64,000 nt of DNA from an uncultured virus (IMG/VR IMGVR_UViG_3300031884_000009) (lineage: Duplodnaviria; Heunggongvirae; Uroviricota; Caudoviricetes): the IMG/VR virus record IMGVR_UViG_3300031884_000009. One strand, 5' to 3'. Position numbers and translations under genes: made by a program. The notes beneath the pieces were generated by a model. That model saw only the letters and a list, made by a program, of their open reading frames with translations. It did not search any database and was not told where the DNA came from. Below are positions 18,276 to 26,730 of this stretch, piece after piece. Each line of letters begins with the position of its first letter. The first letter of the stretch is position 1.

Positions 18276-19012
18276 TATACAATCCTTTTTACTTGAACAG
18301 ATGGCTTGAGAGATTTAGTGCCTTGTGACCAAGTTCCGCAATCTTTGCACTGATAACGCTGATATGTGCTAGTAGTAGTGACGGCCTGACCCCTCTTTTG
18401 AAGTTTATGCGAATCACAAGTCGGACACACATGTTCATCAGTGTAGAGGTTATAATTAGGGTGATGTTTAATCCAAGGTAAAATACGATGATAAACATTT
18501 TCAAGCAAAGTAACATCTTGCTTATTGTACTTCTCCATAATTTTCCAAGCACTCTCATCTCCTGCCATACATTTAGTCCATAGCTCCATACCAGCATGAG
18601 CTGTCTTCTTACCTAATCCTAACCGTTGAGCAACGTAGTCCAATTTGTTACTAGGAAAACGGAACTGGCTACGAGCAACACGCAAAAGGTCAATTTGTTT
18701 ATAAGGTGATGGTGGAGTAAAATTATGTAGCAAGAATTCCTTGTTAAGAGTAGGAATATCAAACTTAGTACCATTATAATGAATGACGGCATCAGCATCA
18801 TTGAGGAGGTCATAGATTCCTTTCAGCATCTTTTTAGGTTTAGAGTTATGAACAGAATCAAACATTGTTTCTTTTTCACCAATCCACTTAGCAGCCCAGC
18901 AAAGAATCTCTGAAGAATCAATGATGTGATTAGGTGAGATGTTCTGGTCCCATATCCCCCAAACGTAAGCTGTCATCGGTGACGTCTCTATATCTAACAG
19001 TAAAATTTTAAT
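18275..19012 (-). CDS. RNase H-fold 3'-5' exonuclease with C-terminal Zn ribbon; probable ATT start at 19012
   Basis: (I)KILLLDIETSP ExoI motif lies upstream of the tracked ATG; HYNGTKFD and YNKQDV motifs; CPTC...CKDC. Confidence 0.8.
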   Translation of the reverse strand: MKILLLDIETSPMTAYVWGIWDQNISPNHIIDSSEILCWAAKWIGEKETMFDSVHNSKPKKMLKGIYDLLNDADAVIHYNGTKFDIPTLNKEFLLHNFTPPSPYKQIDLLRVARSQFRFPSNKLDYVAQRLGLGKKTAHAGMELWTKCMAGDESAWKIMEKYNKQDVTLLENVYHRILPWIKHHPNYNLYTDEHVCPTCDSHKLQKRGQAVTTTSTYQRYQCKDCGTWSQGTKSLKPSVQVKRIV

Positions 19013-19016
19013 TTTA

Positions 19017-19490
19017 TTACTCCTTATTTTTTCTCAAATATTTAATCAAAGATAAAAGTATTTCTTCTTTTTCTTCAACTTTACCTAGTGTTACATTACA
19101 AGGCTGGCACAAAATTCCTCTTACTTTTCCTGTTACATGGTTATGGTCTACTGGCATTTTACCATATCCTTTGCTTTCTTTCCTTCCGCAAACAGCACAA
19201 CAATAACCTTGATTTTTAAAAAGTTCTTCATACTGTTTTGAAGTTATTCCATATTTTGCTTTTAAAGTAGCATTACGAATACTTTGTTTATTTTTATCTG
19301 GAAATTTACTTCTATATGCTGCTGATTTTGCGTTAGCTTTTTCACGCCAAACAGGGTCAGTTAATCTTTTATTTTTGTTTCTTTCCCTATGACAAACTTT
19401 ACATTGTGTATGTACTCCATCTTTTTTAGTTTTATCTTTTGGATACTCTATTAAAGATTTTTGTTCATTACACTTTGTACAAATCTTCAT
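19017..19490 (-). mobile_element. Endonuclease VII-family homing endonuclease
   Basis: CxxC N-terminus; Q...CAVC...VDHNH.TGKVRGILCQPCN..LG. Confidence 0.9.
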
Positions 19491-19816
19491 TTCTTTTTAC
19501 CTTTTTTAGGTACTGGGAAAGTATGAAAGTCTTCTTTGTCAGCATCTTGTTCAATCTTAGTAAGAATGCGGTTACGTAATGCTTTCATCTCATCAGTAGC
19601 ATACTCATTGAGTTGAAACACTTGGCAAAAAGTATCCATAAGCTTCGAACAGTTTAATTCAATAGAATATTCAATAGCCATAATGTGATTGTGTTCTTCG
19701 TCCTCTGACAATAGCTCAGGATGGTCGTACATTCTCCATCGAAGATTGTTTACTTGGTCTTTGATAGCCCATACGTCCATGATTGCTGACTCTAAATCAA
19801 ATCTATCTTTGCTCAT
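19487..19816 (-). CDS. Hypothetical protein
   Basis: ORF coupled on both sides within the operon; DRFDLE N-terminus. Confidence 0.65.
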   Translation of the reverse strand: MSKDRFDLESAIMDVWAIKDQVNNLRWRMYDHPELLSEDEEHNHIMAIEYSIELNCSKLMDTFCQVFQLNEYATDEMKALRNRILTKIEQDADKEDFHTFPVPKKGKKK

Positions 19817-20150
19817 TTGCTTTCCTCACTAGTTGTATAAAGTGTTCTAAGTCTACTATTGCTAAAGGTTTGCTTCTGTTTTGCTTTACTACTACTAACG
19901 GCTCACCGTTGCCATGAGTTGTTGCTTGCTCATAAAACTTATAGACTGCTATCTTTGCTAGGTTTTTGCATTCTATTCCGTACGAAAATGCTGAAAAACC
20001 AGCTTCAGATAATTGTACATCTTCGCCTTGTGCGCCCATCGAAGTACTTTTAACATCACGCTCCGTCAGGTGAGGAAAGTGTTTCAGGATTGAATCCCTC
20101 ACTACTTGCTGCAACAGTCGGCCTTTTTGTTTTGCTGAACTTGTCTTCAT
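19803..20150 (-). CDS. Holliday-junction resolvase-like PD-(D/E)XK nuclease
   Basis: SAKQKGRLLQ...GED...IECKN...PLVVVKQNR motif pattern. Confidence 0.75.
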   Translation of the reverse strand: MKTSSAKQKGRLLQQVVRDSILKHFPHLTERDVKSTSMGAQGEDVQLSEAGFSAFSYGIECKNLAKIAVYKFYEQATTHGNGEPLVVVKQNRSKPLAIVDLEHFIQLVRKANEQR

Positions 20151-20655
20151 GTAGCCACCCTATCGGCACTGGTTTAACAGGGATGTCAGGGTTACTAACA
20201 CCTTCGAAAATATTCCAGAGATTTTCTTTTTTAGCAAAGTTAGTGAATAGACCGATTTCTCTACCGTGGGCTTCGATTTCGTAAGGCAGTTCGTAATAGT
20301 CCATTGCATCACTGTCGATGGGTTCACCTTGCCACTGCGTTTGCTCTTCATTTAAATCCCCGTCTGCATATTGTTTAATGTGTACAAATTCATGTGCTAA
20401 TGTTTTTAAGATTTCTTTACCTGAGATATAAGGATGGAGTTCAATTAAGAATTCTCTTGCTGCTCCTTTGGTGTTCCTTTTTTCAACGTTAGTATATCCA
20501 AAAGCATCCAAATGCTTATTGAACTTAACAGTAACAACAATATGCCTGAGGAGCTGCTTAGGGAATAACTGCTCAGCATAGAATTGAGAAGCTCGTTGAA
20601 CATATTCGTTAAACCTTTCGTCAGAATGTCCGTGGTTGTTTAGTAGTAATATCAT
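20056..20655 (-). CDS. HExxH zinc metallopeptidase-like protein
   Basis: TLAHEFVHIKQY and downstream PYEIEA motif. Confidence 0.75.
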   Translation of the reverse strand: MILLLNNHGHSDERFNEYVQRASQFYAEQLFPKQLLRHIVVTVKFNKHLDAFGYTNVEKRNTKGAAREFLIELHPYISGKEILKTLAHEFVHIKQYADGDLNEEQTQWQGEPIDSDAMDYYELPYEIEAHGREIGLFTNFAKKENLWNIFEGVSNPDIPVKPVPIGWLHEDKFSKTKRPTVAASSEGFNPETLSSPDGA

Positions 20656-20918
20656 AAATTTCCTTTAAAATACTTATTATAAAATTCAATAAGCTCTCCA
20701 CTTTCTAAAGTAAAAGAATTATTACCAGTTCTTTTATCAGCAGTTAATCTCCATATTAAATCAAGGTCTTTAAAATAAATATCACAATGTTTAATATATT
20801 TTATTTCATCTATTTTATATTCATTACACGCAATAAAAAAAGACATTGCCATTGCCCAAAGCATAAATATTAAAATAAAACTAAAAAAGATAATTGCAAA
20901 ATAATCAATAAAGTTCAT
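20652..20918 (-). CDS. AT-rich membrane-anchored hypothetical protein
   Basis: N-terminal hydrophobic helix; visibly more AT-rich than its flanks. Confidence 0.55.
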   Translation of the reverse strand: MNFIDYFAIIFFSFILIFMLWAMAMSFFIACNEYKIDEIKYIKHCDIYFKDLDLIWRLTADKRTGNNSFTLESGELIEFYNKYFKGNL

Positions 20919-21602
20919 TTAGTCCATCCTTGGAGGCTGCCAGATTTCTCCGACGGTTCTTCTAAGCCAAAGCAGTCTTGCGTTCTCAGTAACTCGTTCT
21001 TCTGAGCCACCGTAAGCTTCGACACAAGCAGTATACATTTCTGCTGCACTTGTACATCCGTTGAGGATTTTGTCAGCCTTAACAGGGCCGATGCCTTTGA
21101 GACCAATGATGTTATCAACTCTGTCACCTGTAAGTACCTGTCTATAAAAGTTGAGCAATGCTTCTTTTTCGTTTACTTCTGTCATTTCTTTCTTAACAAA
21201 GTTCCAATGCTTACCTTTAAGCTGTAAGAAATCTTTGTCAATACTAGCGATGATTGTTTCGTAATTGTTTTCTACATGAGCTATCGCAATCTCATCATCT
21301 GCTTCTTGCCCGATGGAGATTTTGAAGTCCCAAGCTGAGACAAGATAATCTCGAATGAGCTGGAGATGCTTAGGCTTAGGGGCACTGCGATTGCCTTTAT
21401 ATGGAGCAGTAATGGCGATTTCATTTCTAAAATTATCCTTGCCAGTTAAGTAGCCCTGGTAGGACTCAGCTTGCAAGTCCTCCCAGAGCATTGTCTCAAT
21501 AAAAGTCGCACAACGAGAAAGCACAATCTTCTCATTCTCCTCTTCGGTAGAGAAGCCTATGCGATACCCAATAATGTCGCCATCTATTAAGACATGTGCC
21601 AT
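20919..21602 (-). CDS. 5'-3' exonuclease (T7 gp6-like)
   Basis: LIDGD, YKGNR, EADD, SIDKD, GD.VDNI.G.KGIG motifs. Confidence 0.92.
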   Translation of the reverse strand: MAHVLIDGDIIGYRIGFSTEEENEKIVLSRCATFIETMLWEDLQAESYQGYLTGKDNFRNEIAITAPYKGNRSAPKPKHLQLIRDYLVSAWDFKISIGQEADDEIAIAHVENNYETIIASIDKDFLQLKGKHWNFVKKEMTEVNEKEALLNFYRQVLTGDRVDNIIGLKGIGPVKADKILNGCTSAAEMYTACVEAYGGSEERVTENARLLWLRRTVGEIWQPPRMD

Positions 21603-22021
21603 TACAGTACGTCGTCCAGTTCTTCTACAGGAGTTGGGTTATATTCAACCAATTCCTGAATAGTAATACTTTGGATTTGAGCACCATAACCAGGCACGTT
21701 CTTGTACTTGTAAGCTTTCAACTTCACTGTAGCTTTAGTACCGTTACCAATCTTCTTAGTCTTGTCAAACTCAGTACCATCTTTGTTAAATACATTGAAG
21801 GCATACTGGCTCTTGCAAGTAATCAAATGACCTTCGTTAGGGCGTTTAACTTCATCCTTGCGAGGAGATAGATTGATTGCTTTCAATTCCTCTACAGCCT
21901 TTGCTGATAAGTTAGCTAAGTTCACTGTACATACTGGAGGTTTATCTGGAGCAAAACGACTCTTCATTGGGTCAAACAAGATAGGCCAATATAACTCTGC
22001 TGCTACTGTAATTGTACTCAT
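21602..22021 (-). CDS. Single-stranded DNA-binding protein (T7 gp2.5-like)
   Basis: IGNGT.A.V motif, acidic tail EELDDVL, located between polymerase and exonuclease. Confidence 0.7.
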   Translation of the reverse strand: MSTITVAAELYWPILFDPMKSRFAPDKPPVCTVNLANLSAKAVEELKAINLSPRKDEVKRPNEGHLITCKSQYAFNVFNKDGTEFDKTKKIGNGTKATVKLKAYKYKNVPGYGAQIQSITIQELVEYNPTPVEELDDVL

Positions 22022-22062
22022 AGTACCTTCCTTTAATTTGGTTAGTTGTTTACTACTTTACT

Positions 22063-22071
22063 ATTATAACA
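22063..22071 (-). promoter_or_regulatory. Extended -10 element upstream of SSB
   Basis: TGTTATAAT on the - strand, about 40 nt before the SSB start; no consensus -35. Confidence 0.45.
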
Positions 22072-22074
22072 CAT

Positions 22075-23730
22075 TTAATGACTACCTGCCCAGTTTTCTG
22101 CTACTCCATATTCAGCCCCGACTGGACAACGGAACTTCAATATCTCTCCTGCTTCTTTGGCTGATTCTACCACAAGCTTACCGACTGTGTCCCCATATTG
22201 CTCTGGAGTCTCAATCTGAACTTCGTCGTGAATCCATGCCACTAGCTTATAAGGTATCTTTTCTGCTGTCAAGTTCTTTTTGATTTGAACAAGCCACTGC
22301 TTAGCGATGATAGCCCCTGCACTTTGTAGTAACGTGTTGAGCGACGAATGAGCCGACCTGACCTTAAGTTGATAACCATGAAGCCCAGGTAGTGTTCCCT
22401 TTTCAGCAAGGCGTTCAACTTTGGATTTAAGCCTCGCATACGCTGGAATTGCTTTACTGAAGCTATTGATAATGTTGGCTCCTTGCTTCGCAGTGCCACC
22501 AATAACTGTACCAATCTTGGTAGGTGAGGCTCCGTACAAAGTTGCGTAAAGGACAGTCTTCGCAAGGTCTCTGGTCTCAACCCCGAAAGCTTGCTGATTT
22601 CTCGTGTGGACATCACCGTTGACCGTCTCATTTATGTACTCCAAGTCATTAAGGTAATGAGCAAAACAACGCAATTCAATCCCAGACAAATCAATACCAA
22701 CGAGGACATTGCCCTTATCAACCGTCCAACACGAACGGAACTCTTTACCCAGAGTAGCTCGCACTGCTGGCACTTGAGCCATATTAGGGCTACTATGGGT
22801 AGCTCTGCCAGTAACAGCACCAAAACCAATAACTTTACCATGAACTCTTCCGTCCTTTCCTAGTTTTTCTAACCATGAATCTAATTGTGAGGCTCTCTTT
22901 TGTAACATTAAATATCTTGCAATAGGCTTTGCTTCTGGAATCGACACTTCACTAAGTATCGTTTCATCGACAATAATCTGTCCCTTCTCTGTAGTCTTTG
23001 TAGGATTCCATCCCTTAGAAATAAGACGCTTTGCAATCTGTTGACGGGAACCGACGTTGAAGACTTCCACATCATCTTTAAGTCTCTTTCCAGTTTTCTC
23101 AGAAGTACGTTCTGTAACAATCGGAGGGAAAATCTTTTGCAAGGCTTCTTCAATCTCTGCCATCTCGGTTTTAATCTCACAGAGCAACGTCTGTGCATAG
23201 GGTACGTCCAGCTTGAATCCATTACGTTCCATCTCCGATAAAATTACTTGTACATCATATTCTAACTTTACAGCTTCAGGGCTAATCTTGTTCTGTTCTA
23301 TCTCTGCTATTAACATATCATATACTTTAGATGTAAGTTCTACATCTCGTATGCAATACGTTACCATCTCATCTGTCAAACCACCGTCGAAGTCTTCAAA
23401 GTCTATCTTATTGTAACCAAGCATTAAACCCCAGTTACCTAGACTATGACCACCATCACGACTAGCGTCAGACAGCCGACTAAGAAGCAAAGTATCGTGA
23501 AGCTGAGATTTCCTAATCTTGGTGAGCCACAGCCGATTAAGAAGAAAAGCGTCAAAACTAATAATATTGTGACCAACAATGTGTGTCGCATCTTGTAAAT
23601 ACTCCTTTAATCCTTCTGGTGTTGTCCATGTCTTAATCTCTCCAGTCTCACGATGTAGAGTAACACAGCACCAAATAACAGTATGGGCTAGGTTTGTTTC
23701 TATGTCGAGGACTACAGTTTTTAGAAGCAT
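22075..23730 (-). CDS. polA: DNA polymerase, family A (T7 gp5-like) with 3'-5' exonuclease domain
   Basis: LDIET ExoI, GHNIISFD, DLSGIELR (motif A), AKTVLYATLYG (motif B), IHDEVQ (motif C); start placed at MLLKT. Confidence 0.97.
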   Translation of the reverse strand: MLLKTVVLDIETNLAHTVIWCCVTLHRETGEIKTWTTPEGLKEYLQDATHIVGHNIISFDAFLLNRLWLTKIRKSQLHDTLLLSRLSDASRDGGHSLGNWGLMLGYNKIDFEDFDGGLTDEMVTYCIRDVELTSKVYDMLIAEIEQNKISPEAVKLEYDVQVILSEMERNGFKLDVPYAQTLLCEIKTEMAEIEEALQKIFPPIVTERTSEKTGKRLKDDVEVFNVGSRQQIAKRLISKGWNPTKTTEKGQIIVDETILSEVSIPEAKPIARYLMLQKRASQLDSWLEKLGKDGRVHGKVIGFGAVTGRATHSSPNMAQVPAVRATLGKEFRSCWTVDKGNVLVGIDLSGIELRCFAHYLNDLEYINETVNGDVHTRNQQAFGVETRDLAKTVLYATLYGASPTKIGTVIGGTAKQGANIINSFSKAIPAYARLKSKVERLAEKGTLPGLHGYQLKVRSAHSSLNTLLQSAGAIIAKQWLVQIKKNLTAEKIPYKLVAWIHDEVQIETPEQYGDTVGKLVVESAKEAGEILKFRCPVGAEYGVAENWAGSH

Positions 23731-23852
23731 TGAATAAGTGTTCCGTTTCTTACGCAAGTAACTACTGTACCATCAGACTGTACAATCGTTGTAGTTTCTG
23801 CTTGTGCTAGTGTTACTAGACAAAACAAAATAATGATAGTAACTATTTTCAT
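23721..23852 (-). CDS. Small secreted protein (43 aa, not in ORF track)
   Basis: MKIVTIIILFCLVTLAQA|ETTT signal peptide with AxA cleavage site; two Cys in the mature part; AGGAG RBS. Confidence 0.6.
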   Translation of the reverse strand: MKIVTIIILFCLVTLAQAETTTIVQSDGTVVTCVRNGTLIQCF

Positions 23853-24064
23853 TCTTTAACTCCTATAATCCCACCGCTAATTCGGTAAGGATAGTCTCGT
23901 TTACGGTAAAAGCAATATTCTATTCCATCTTTAACAGTATAGAAAGAAACACTGCTCAGTGTATCATAACATTTAGTATCATAAATCTTTACTACTTCTT
24001 CTGCTGTTAAGGTAACTGTAACACCTAACACAAAACAAGCCAAGTGTTTTACATACCTATTCAT
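23849..24064 (-). CDS. Small membrane or exported hypothetical protein
   Basis: Hydrophobic N-terminus; ATG overlaps the upstream stop. Confidence 0.55.
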   Translation of the reverse strand: MNRYVKHLACFVLGVTVTLTAEEVVKIYDTKCYDTLSSVSFYTVKDGIEYCFYRKRDYPYRISGGIIGVKE

Positions 24065-24243
24065 TAAAACGTCCAAGTCTTGTTAACAACTACACGCTTC
24101 TCATCACTAGCAATGTCAATCTTTATTTCTAAATCACTAGGAGGAATCTTCTTATCTTTATTAAAGATTTCATCCCAGCTTTTATCAAACTGTTCTTGAT
24201 TCAATACAGGACGTTTCTTATCGCCTTTGCCGACATCTCTCAT
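24064..24243 (-). CDS. Small protein with GKG..RP...WD.IF motif (59 aa, not in ORF track)
   Basis: MRDVGKGDKKRPVLNQEQFDKSWDEIF; ATGA-coupled to the last array cassette. Confidence 0.65.
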   Translation of the reverse strand: MRDVGKGDKKRPVLNQEQFDKSWDEIFNKDKKIPPSDLEIKIDIASDEKRVVVNKTWTF

Positions 24244-24608
24244 TTTTCTTGTGCCTTTCTATTAAAGACTTCTTTAACAGGATTTTCTTTATTAAAGTTT
24301 GCTTGAGCAGCTTGGTAGCCAGCCTCAAAGCCTCCAGCGTGTGCCATAGCTTCGTAGTGGCTTGCCTTTTCCATCATGTGCTCCAATTGCTCAATACGCA
24401 TTCTTTGCTCGGCGTGGCGTAGTTCGTACTTGGTTATCTTTTCATACAACAAATCAATCAGTCTTTTGTCGCCGTCTATAGTGCGTTGTTGTTGGCGTAG
24501 CATATCGGCAGATAATTGAATTTGTGGCAACAATTGAAATGCTCTTAATTCGCCTAATGGCTTCCCTATAATTTTTCTAGCATTTTCAATAAGTTCATTT
24601 GCGTTCAT
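24240..24608 (-). CDS. Array cassette protein (MNANEL...RKAQEK)
   Basis: Starts and ends in junction repeats. Confidence 0.75.
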   Translation of the reverse strand: MNANELIENARKIIGKPLGELRAFQLLPQIQLSADMLRQQQRTIDGDKRLIDLLYEKITKYELRHAEQRMRIEQLEHMMEKASHYEAMAHAGGFEAGYQAAQANFNKENPVKEVFNRKAQEK

Positions 24609-24784
24609 TTCTCTTGTGCCTTTAAAAATTTAAAAGTCAAACCAAAAAACTTGTAAACATTGGTGTAACCATTTCTTTCGCTAAACAATGGCTGATGATG
24701 CTTTGTTTGTTTGACCCATAAACCATAGCCAAAAAATCTAAACCAAAATCCATGACCAATATTGCAGTAGTAAAAAAGCTTCAT
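24605..24784 (-). CDS. Array cassette protein, aromatic-rich (MKLFYYCN...LKAQEK; 59 aa, not in track)
   Basis: Open frame running exactly from junction to junction. Confidence 0.7.
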   Translation of the reverse strand: MKLFYYCNIGHGFWFRFFGYGLWVKQTKHHQPLFSERNGYTNVYKFFGLTFKFLKAQEK

Positions 24785-25113
24785 TTCTCTTGTGTCTTTC
24801 CTCTTTTAATAAAACCACACGCACAACTTGAACATGCTATTGCGTCATGCTTTATCTTCAATGCCTCAATTTCAGATTTAAGTTCATGGTTTTCTTGAAC
24901 GCATTTACCCAATGCCATTGCAGCTTGCGCCCATTCCGCATTTACTTTATCTATTTCAGCTTGTTGCTGGCGTAGCATGGTTTCATACCTATAGGCATCA
25001 ATTTGACTGCTGTTTTGTGACTTATAGGTATCAATTTGAGCTTGTTGCTCGCGTATCAAGTCGGTACAACTGTGATACTCACCACAATTAGGGCATGTTT
25101 CATTTTCGTTCAT
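24781..25113 (-). CDS. Array cassette protein with Cys motifs (MNENETCPNC...KTQEK)
   Basis: Junction-to-junction ORF containing the MLRQQQAEI block. Confidence 0.75.
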   Translation of the reverse strand: MNENETCPNCGEYHSCTDLIREQQAQIDTYKSQNSSQIDAYRYETMLRQQQAEIDKVNAEWAQAAMALGKCVQENHELKSEIEALKIKHDAIACSSCACGFIKRGKTQEK

Positions 25114-25229
25114 TTATATTGTGCCTTTCTTAAATTAGGGGGTTGACTGTGCAGACGGCAGCCAACCAATACCGTTAGCAATCGAGCGAGTTGTCCCACT
25201 CCAAACACTGCACTTGCTTTGCTAATCAT
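25110..25229 (-). CDS. Array cassette peptide (MISKASAV...LRKAQYK; 39 aa, not in track)
   Basis: Open frame running exactly from junction to junction. Confidence 0.55.
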   Translation of the reverse strand: MISKASAVFGVGQLARLLTVLVGCRLHSQPPNLRKAQYK

Positions 25230-25510
25230 TTCTCTTGTGCCTTTCTTAGTATTGCTTTGCATAGTCTTAAATATTGATGCTTTAATTCTTCAATTCCATT
25301 GATTTCCCAATCAACATCAGCAATACAATCTACATGACCGCCTTCTAAACAAACTTTCCAAATTTCCTCATCTGTTAGGTTTGCTGGATGGGTGTAAAGT
25401 GGCTTTTGTCTATCTGACCATTTTTCTTTGGTAACAGTAATTTGCCAATCTGTATCGCCCCAGTTATCAGTATTTAATTCGTCTGTAGTCCAAGCAATTG
25501 GCTTATTCAT
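25226..25510 (-). CDS. Array cassette protein (MNKPIAW...PLYTHP.LTDEEI...AILRKAQEK)
   Basis: Junction-to-junction ORF. Confidence 0.75.
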   Translation of the reverse strand: MNKPIAWTTDELNTDNWGDTDWQITVTKEKWSDRQKPLYTHPANLTDEEIWKVCLEGGHVDCIADVDWEINGIEELKHQYLRLCKAILRKAQEK

Positions 25511-25764
25511 TTCTCTTGTGCCTTTCTTAGTATTGCTAATTCTTTTTCCAATTCAGCTATTTTTATTGCGCTGACATTTAGACTTATTAACAATCTATCG
25601 TGTTGTCTTTTCCAATAAGTAGCATTTTTAACTGGTTCGCCACCAGCGTTTAGTTCCTGCGATGTATTGGTGTATGGTGTATGTTTCCAATGGCAAATAC
25701 ATTGTGGCAATACAGAACCAATAGCACCAGTATCTTTAGGTAATCCGCATAATCCGCAGCTCAT
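25507..25764 (-). CDS. Array cassette protein (MSCGLC...AILRKAQEK)
   Basis: Junction-to-junction ORF. Confidence 0.7.
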   Translation of the reverse strand: MSCGLCGLPKDTGAIGSVLPQCICHWKHTPYTNTSQELNAGGEPVKNATYWKRQHDRLLISLNVSAIKIAELEKELAILRKAQEK

Positions 25765-25769
25765 TTCTA

Positions 25770-25997
25770 TTACACCTTTTTTAGTATTAAATAAACAAAG
25801 TAATGTTGTTGTGTAGTAAACCCTTGTTGCATGGCAATACCATCTTCACTTGATTTTGCCCACAATTTGTTTATTTCCTCATCTGTTAGTGTCTTTGCTT
25901 TCAACGCCTCATTTTCAGCTTGTTGCTGGCGACATTTATATCTATAACAGCAAGCATTATGTGGGCTATTTATTCCTTCTAATTCATTTGCTTTCAT
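25770..25997 (-). CDS. Array cassette protein (MKANEL...RQQQAENEALK.LTDEEI...ILKKV)
   Basis: Ends in a degenerate junction with an earlier stop. Confidence 0.7.
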   Translation of the reverse strand: MKANELEGINSPHNACCYRYKCRQQQAENEALKAKTLTDEEINKLWAKSSEDGIAMQQGFTTQQHYFVYLILKKV

Positions 25998-26371
25998 TTC
26001 TCTTGTGCCTCATCTAATAAAAATTTAGCAGTCTGTAAACATATCCAAGATTCTTCACCCCAGTGATATTCTCTGCACGGACAACCAACAAAGTTTTCTT
26101 TTCCTAAATTACAAAATTGAGTTTTTTCAACCTCAATTAAAAGACCTGTTTTTACGGCTAAATCTTGCAATTCATCTCCATCCCAATTTCCGATGCAATC
26201 ATCTCCATGAGCTACTATTGGTTTAACAAAAGATTTCAACGCCTCTATTTCAGCTTGTTGCTGGCGTAGCATGGTGGCTGCATCCATAACTAAATCTCTA
26301 GTATCTGAATCGCTAATAATTGAAGATTCTAAACAAACCCATAGTTCATCAGCTAGTTCAATTGCATTCAT
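25994..26371 (-). CDS. Array cassette protein (MNAIELADEL...MLRQQQAEIEALK...EAQEK)
   Basis: Shared blocks and junction. Confidence 0.75.
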   Translation of the reverse strand: MNAIELADELWVCLESSIISDSDTRDLVMDAATMLRQQQAEIEALKSFVKPIVAHGDDCIGNWDGDELQDLAVKTGLLIEVEKTQFCNLGKENFVGCPCREYHWGEESWICLQTAKFLLDEAQEK

Positions 26372-26526
26372 TTTGGAATCCCCAATAATTCAAAAGGATT
26401 GAATTTAATTCTGTTATCTTGATATACCCTTGAAATTTCTACTCCATTTTCAATAACAACAGTCATATCATCGTAAACACAAGTTATTTTGTAATTTAAT
26501 TCATCAGCAAGTTCTAGTGCGTTCAT
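26368..26526 (-). CDS. First array cassette (MNALELADEL...; 52 aa, not in track)
   Basis: Same N-terminal block as the next gene; AAGGGA RBS; ATGA overlap. Confidence 0.65.
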   Translation of the reverse strand: MNALELADELNYKITCVYDDMTVVIENGVEISRVYQDNRIKFNPFELLGIPK

Positions 26527-26544
26527 ATCATCCCTTTGCGTTTA

Positions 26545-26730
26545 TTACTCTTTGTCCTTTTTGAGTAATTCAACATCATTCAAAATACTTTTAAAGAAAT
26601 CATTTTCATTTTTGAGTTTATCCATTTCAGCTTTAATAGATTTTCTACCTTCAGCGTATCCGAACATTTTCCCCCGTTCAAAAGCATCTGTAATTGTTTT
26701 ACTAATCTCTTCTGGTGTTAATCCATTCAT
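26545..26730 (-). CDS. Hypothetical protein
   Basis: ATGA-coupled to the primase-helicase gene. Confidence 0.6.
   Translation of the reverse strand: MNGLTPEEISKTITDAFERGKMFGYAEGRKSIKAEMDKLKNENDFFKSILNDVELLKKDKE

Larger units (their letters stand above)
24240..26526 (-). repeat. Array of nine small genes joined by a repeated junction (AAGGCACAAGAGAAATGA on -)
   Basis: Junction copies begin (+ strand TCATTT...) at 24240, 24605, 24781, 25110, 25226, 25507, 25761 and 25994. Confidence 0.9.

Noticed and set aside
20915..23222. Same-strand alternate-frame ORFs within the exonuclease and polymerase (20915, 22269, 22632, 22908)
   Set aside because: No motifs or clear RBS; lengths are compatible with chance under the codon bias.
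24240..26526. Repeat-spacer pattern as a CRISPR array
   Set aside because: Spacers are about 120-380 bp, variable in length and protein-coding; the repeats are degenerate coding junctions; no cas genes.
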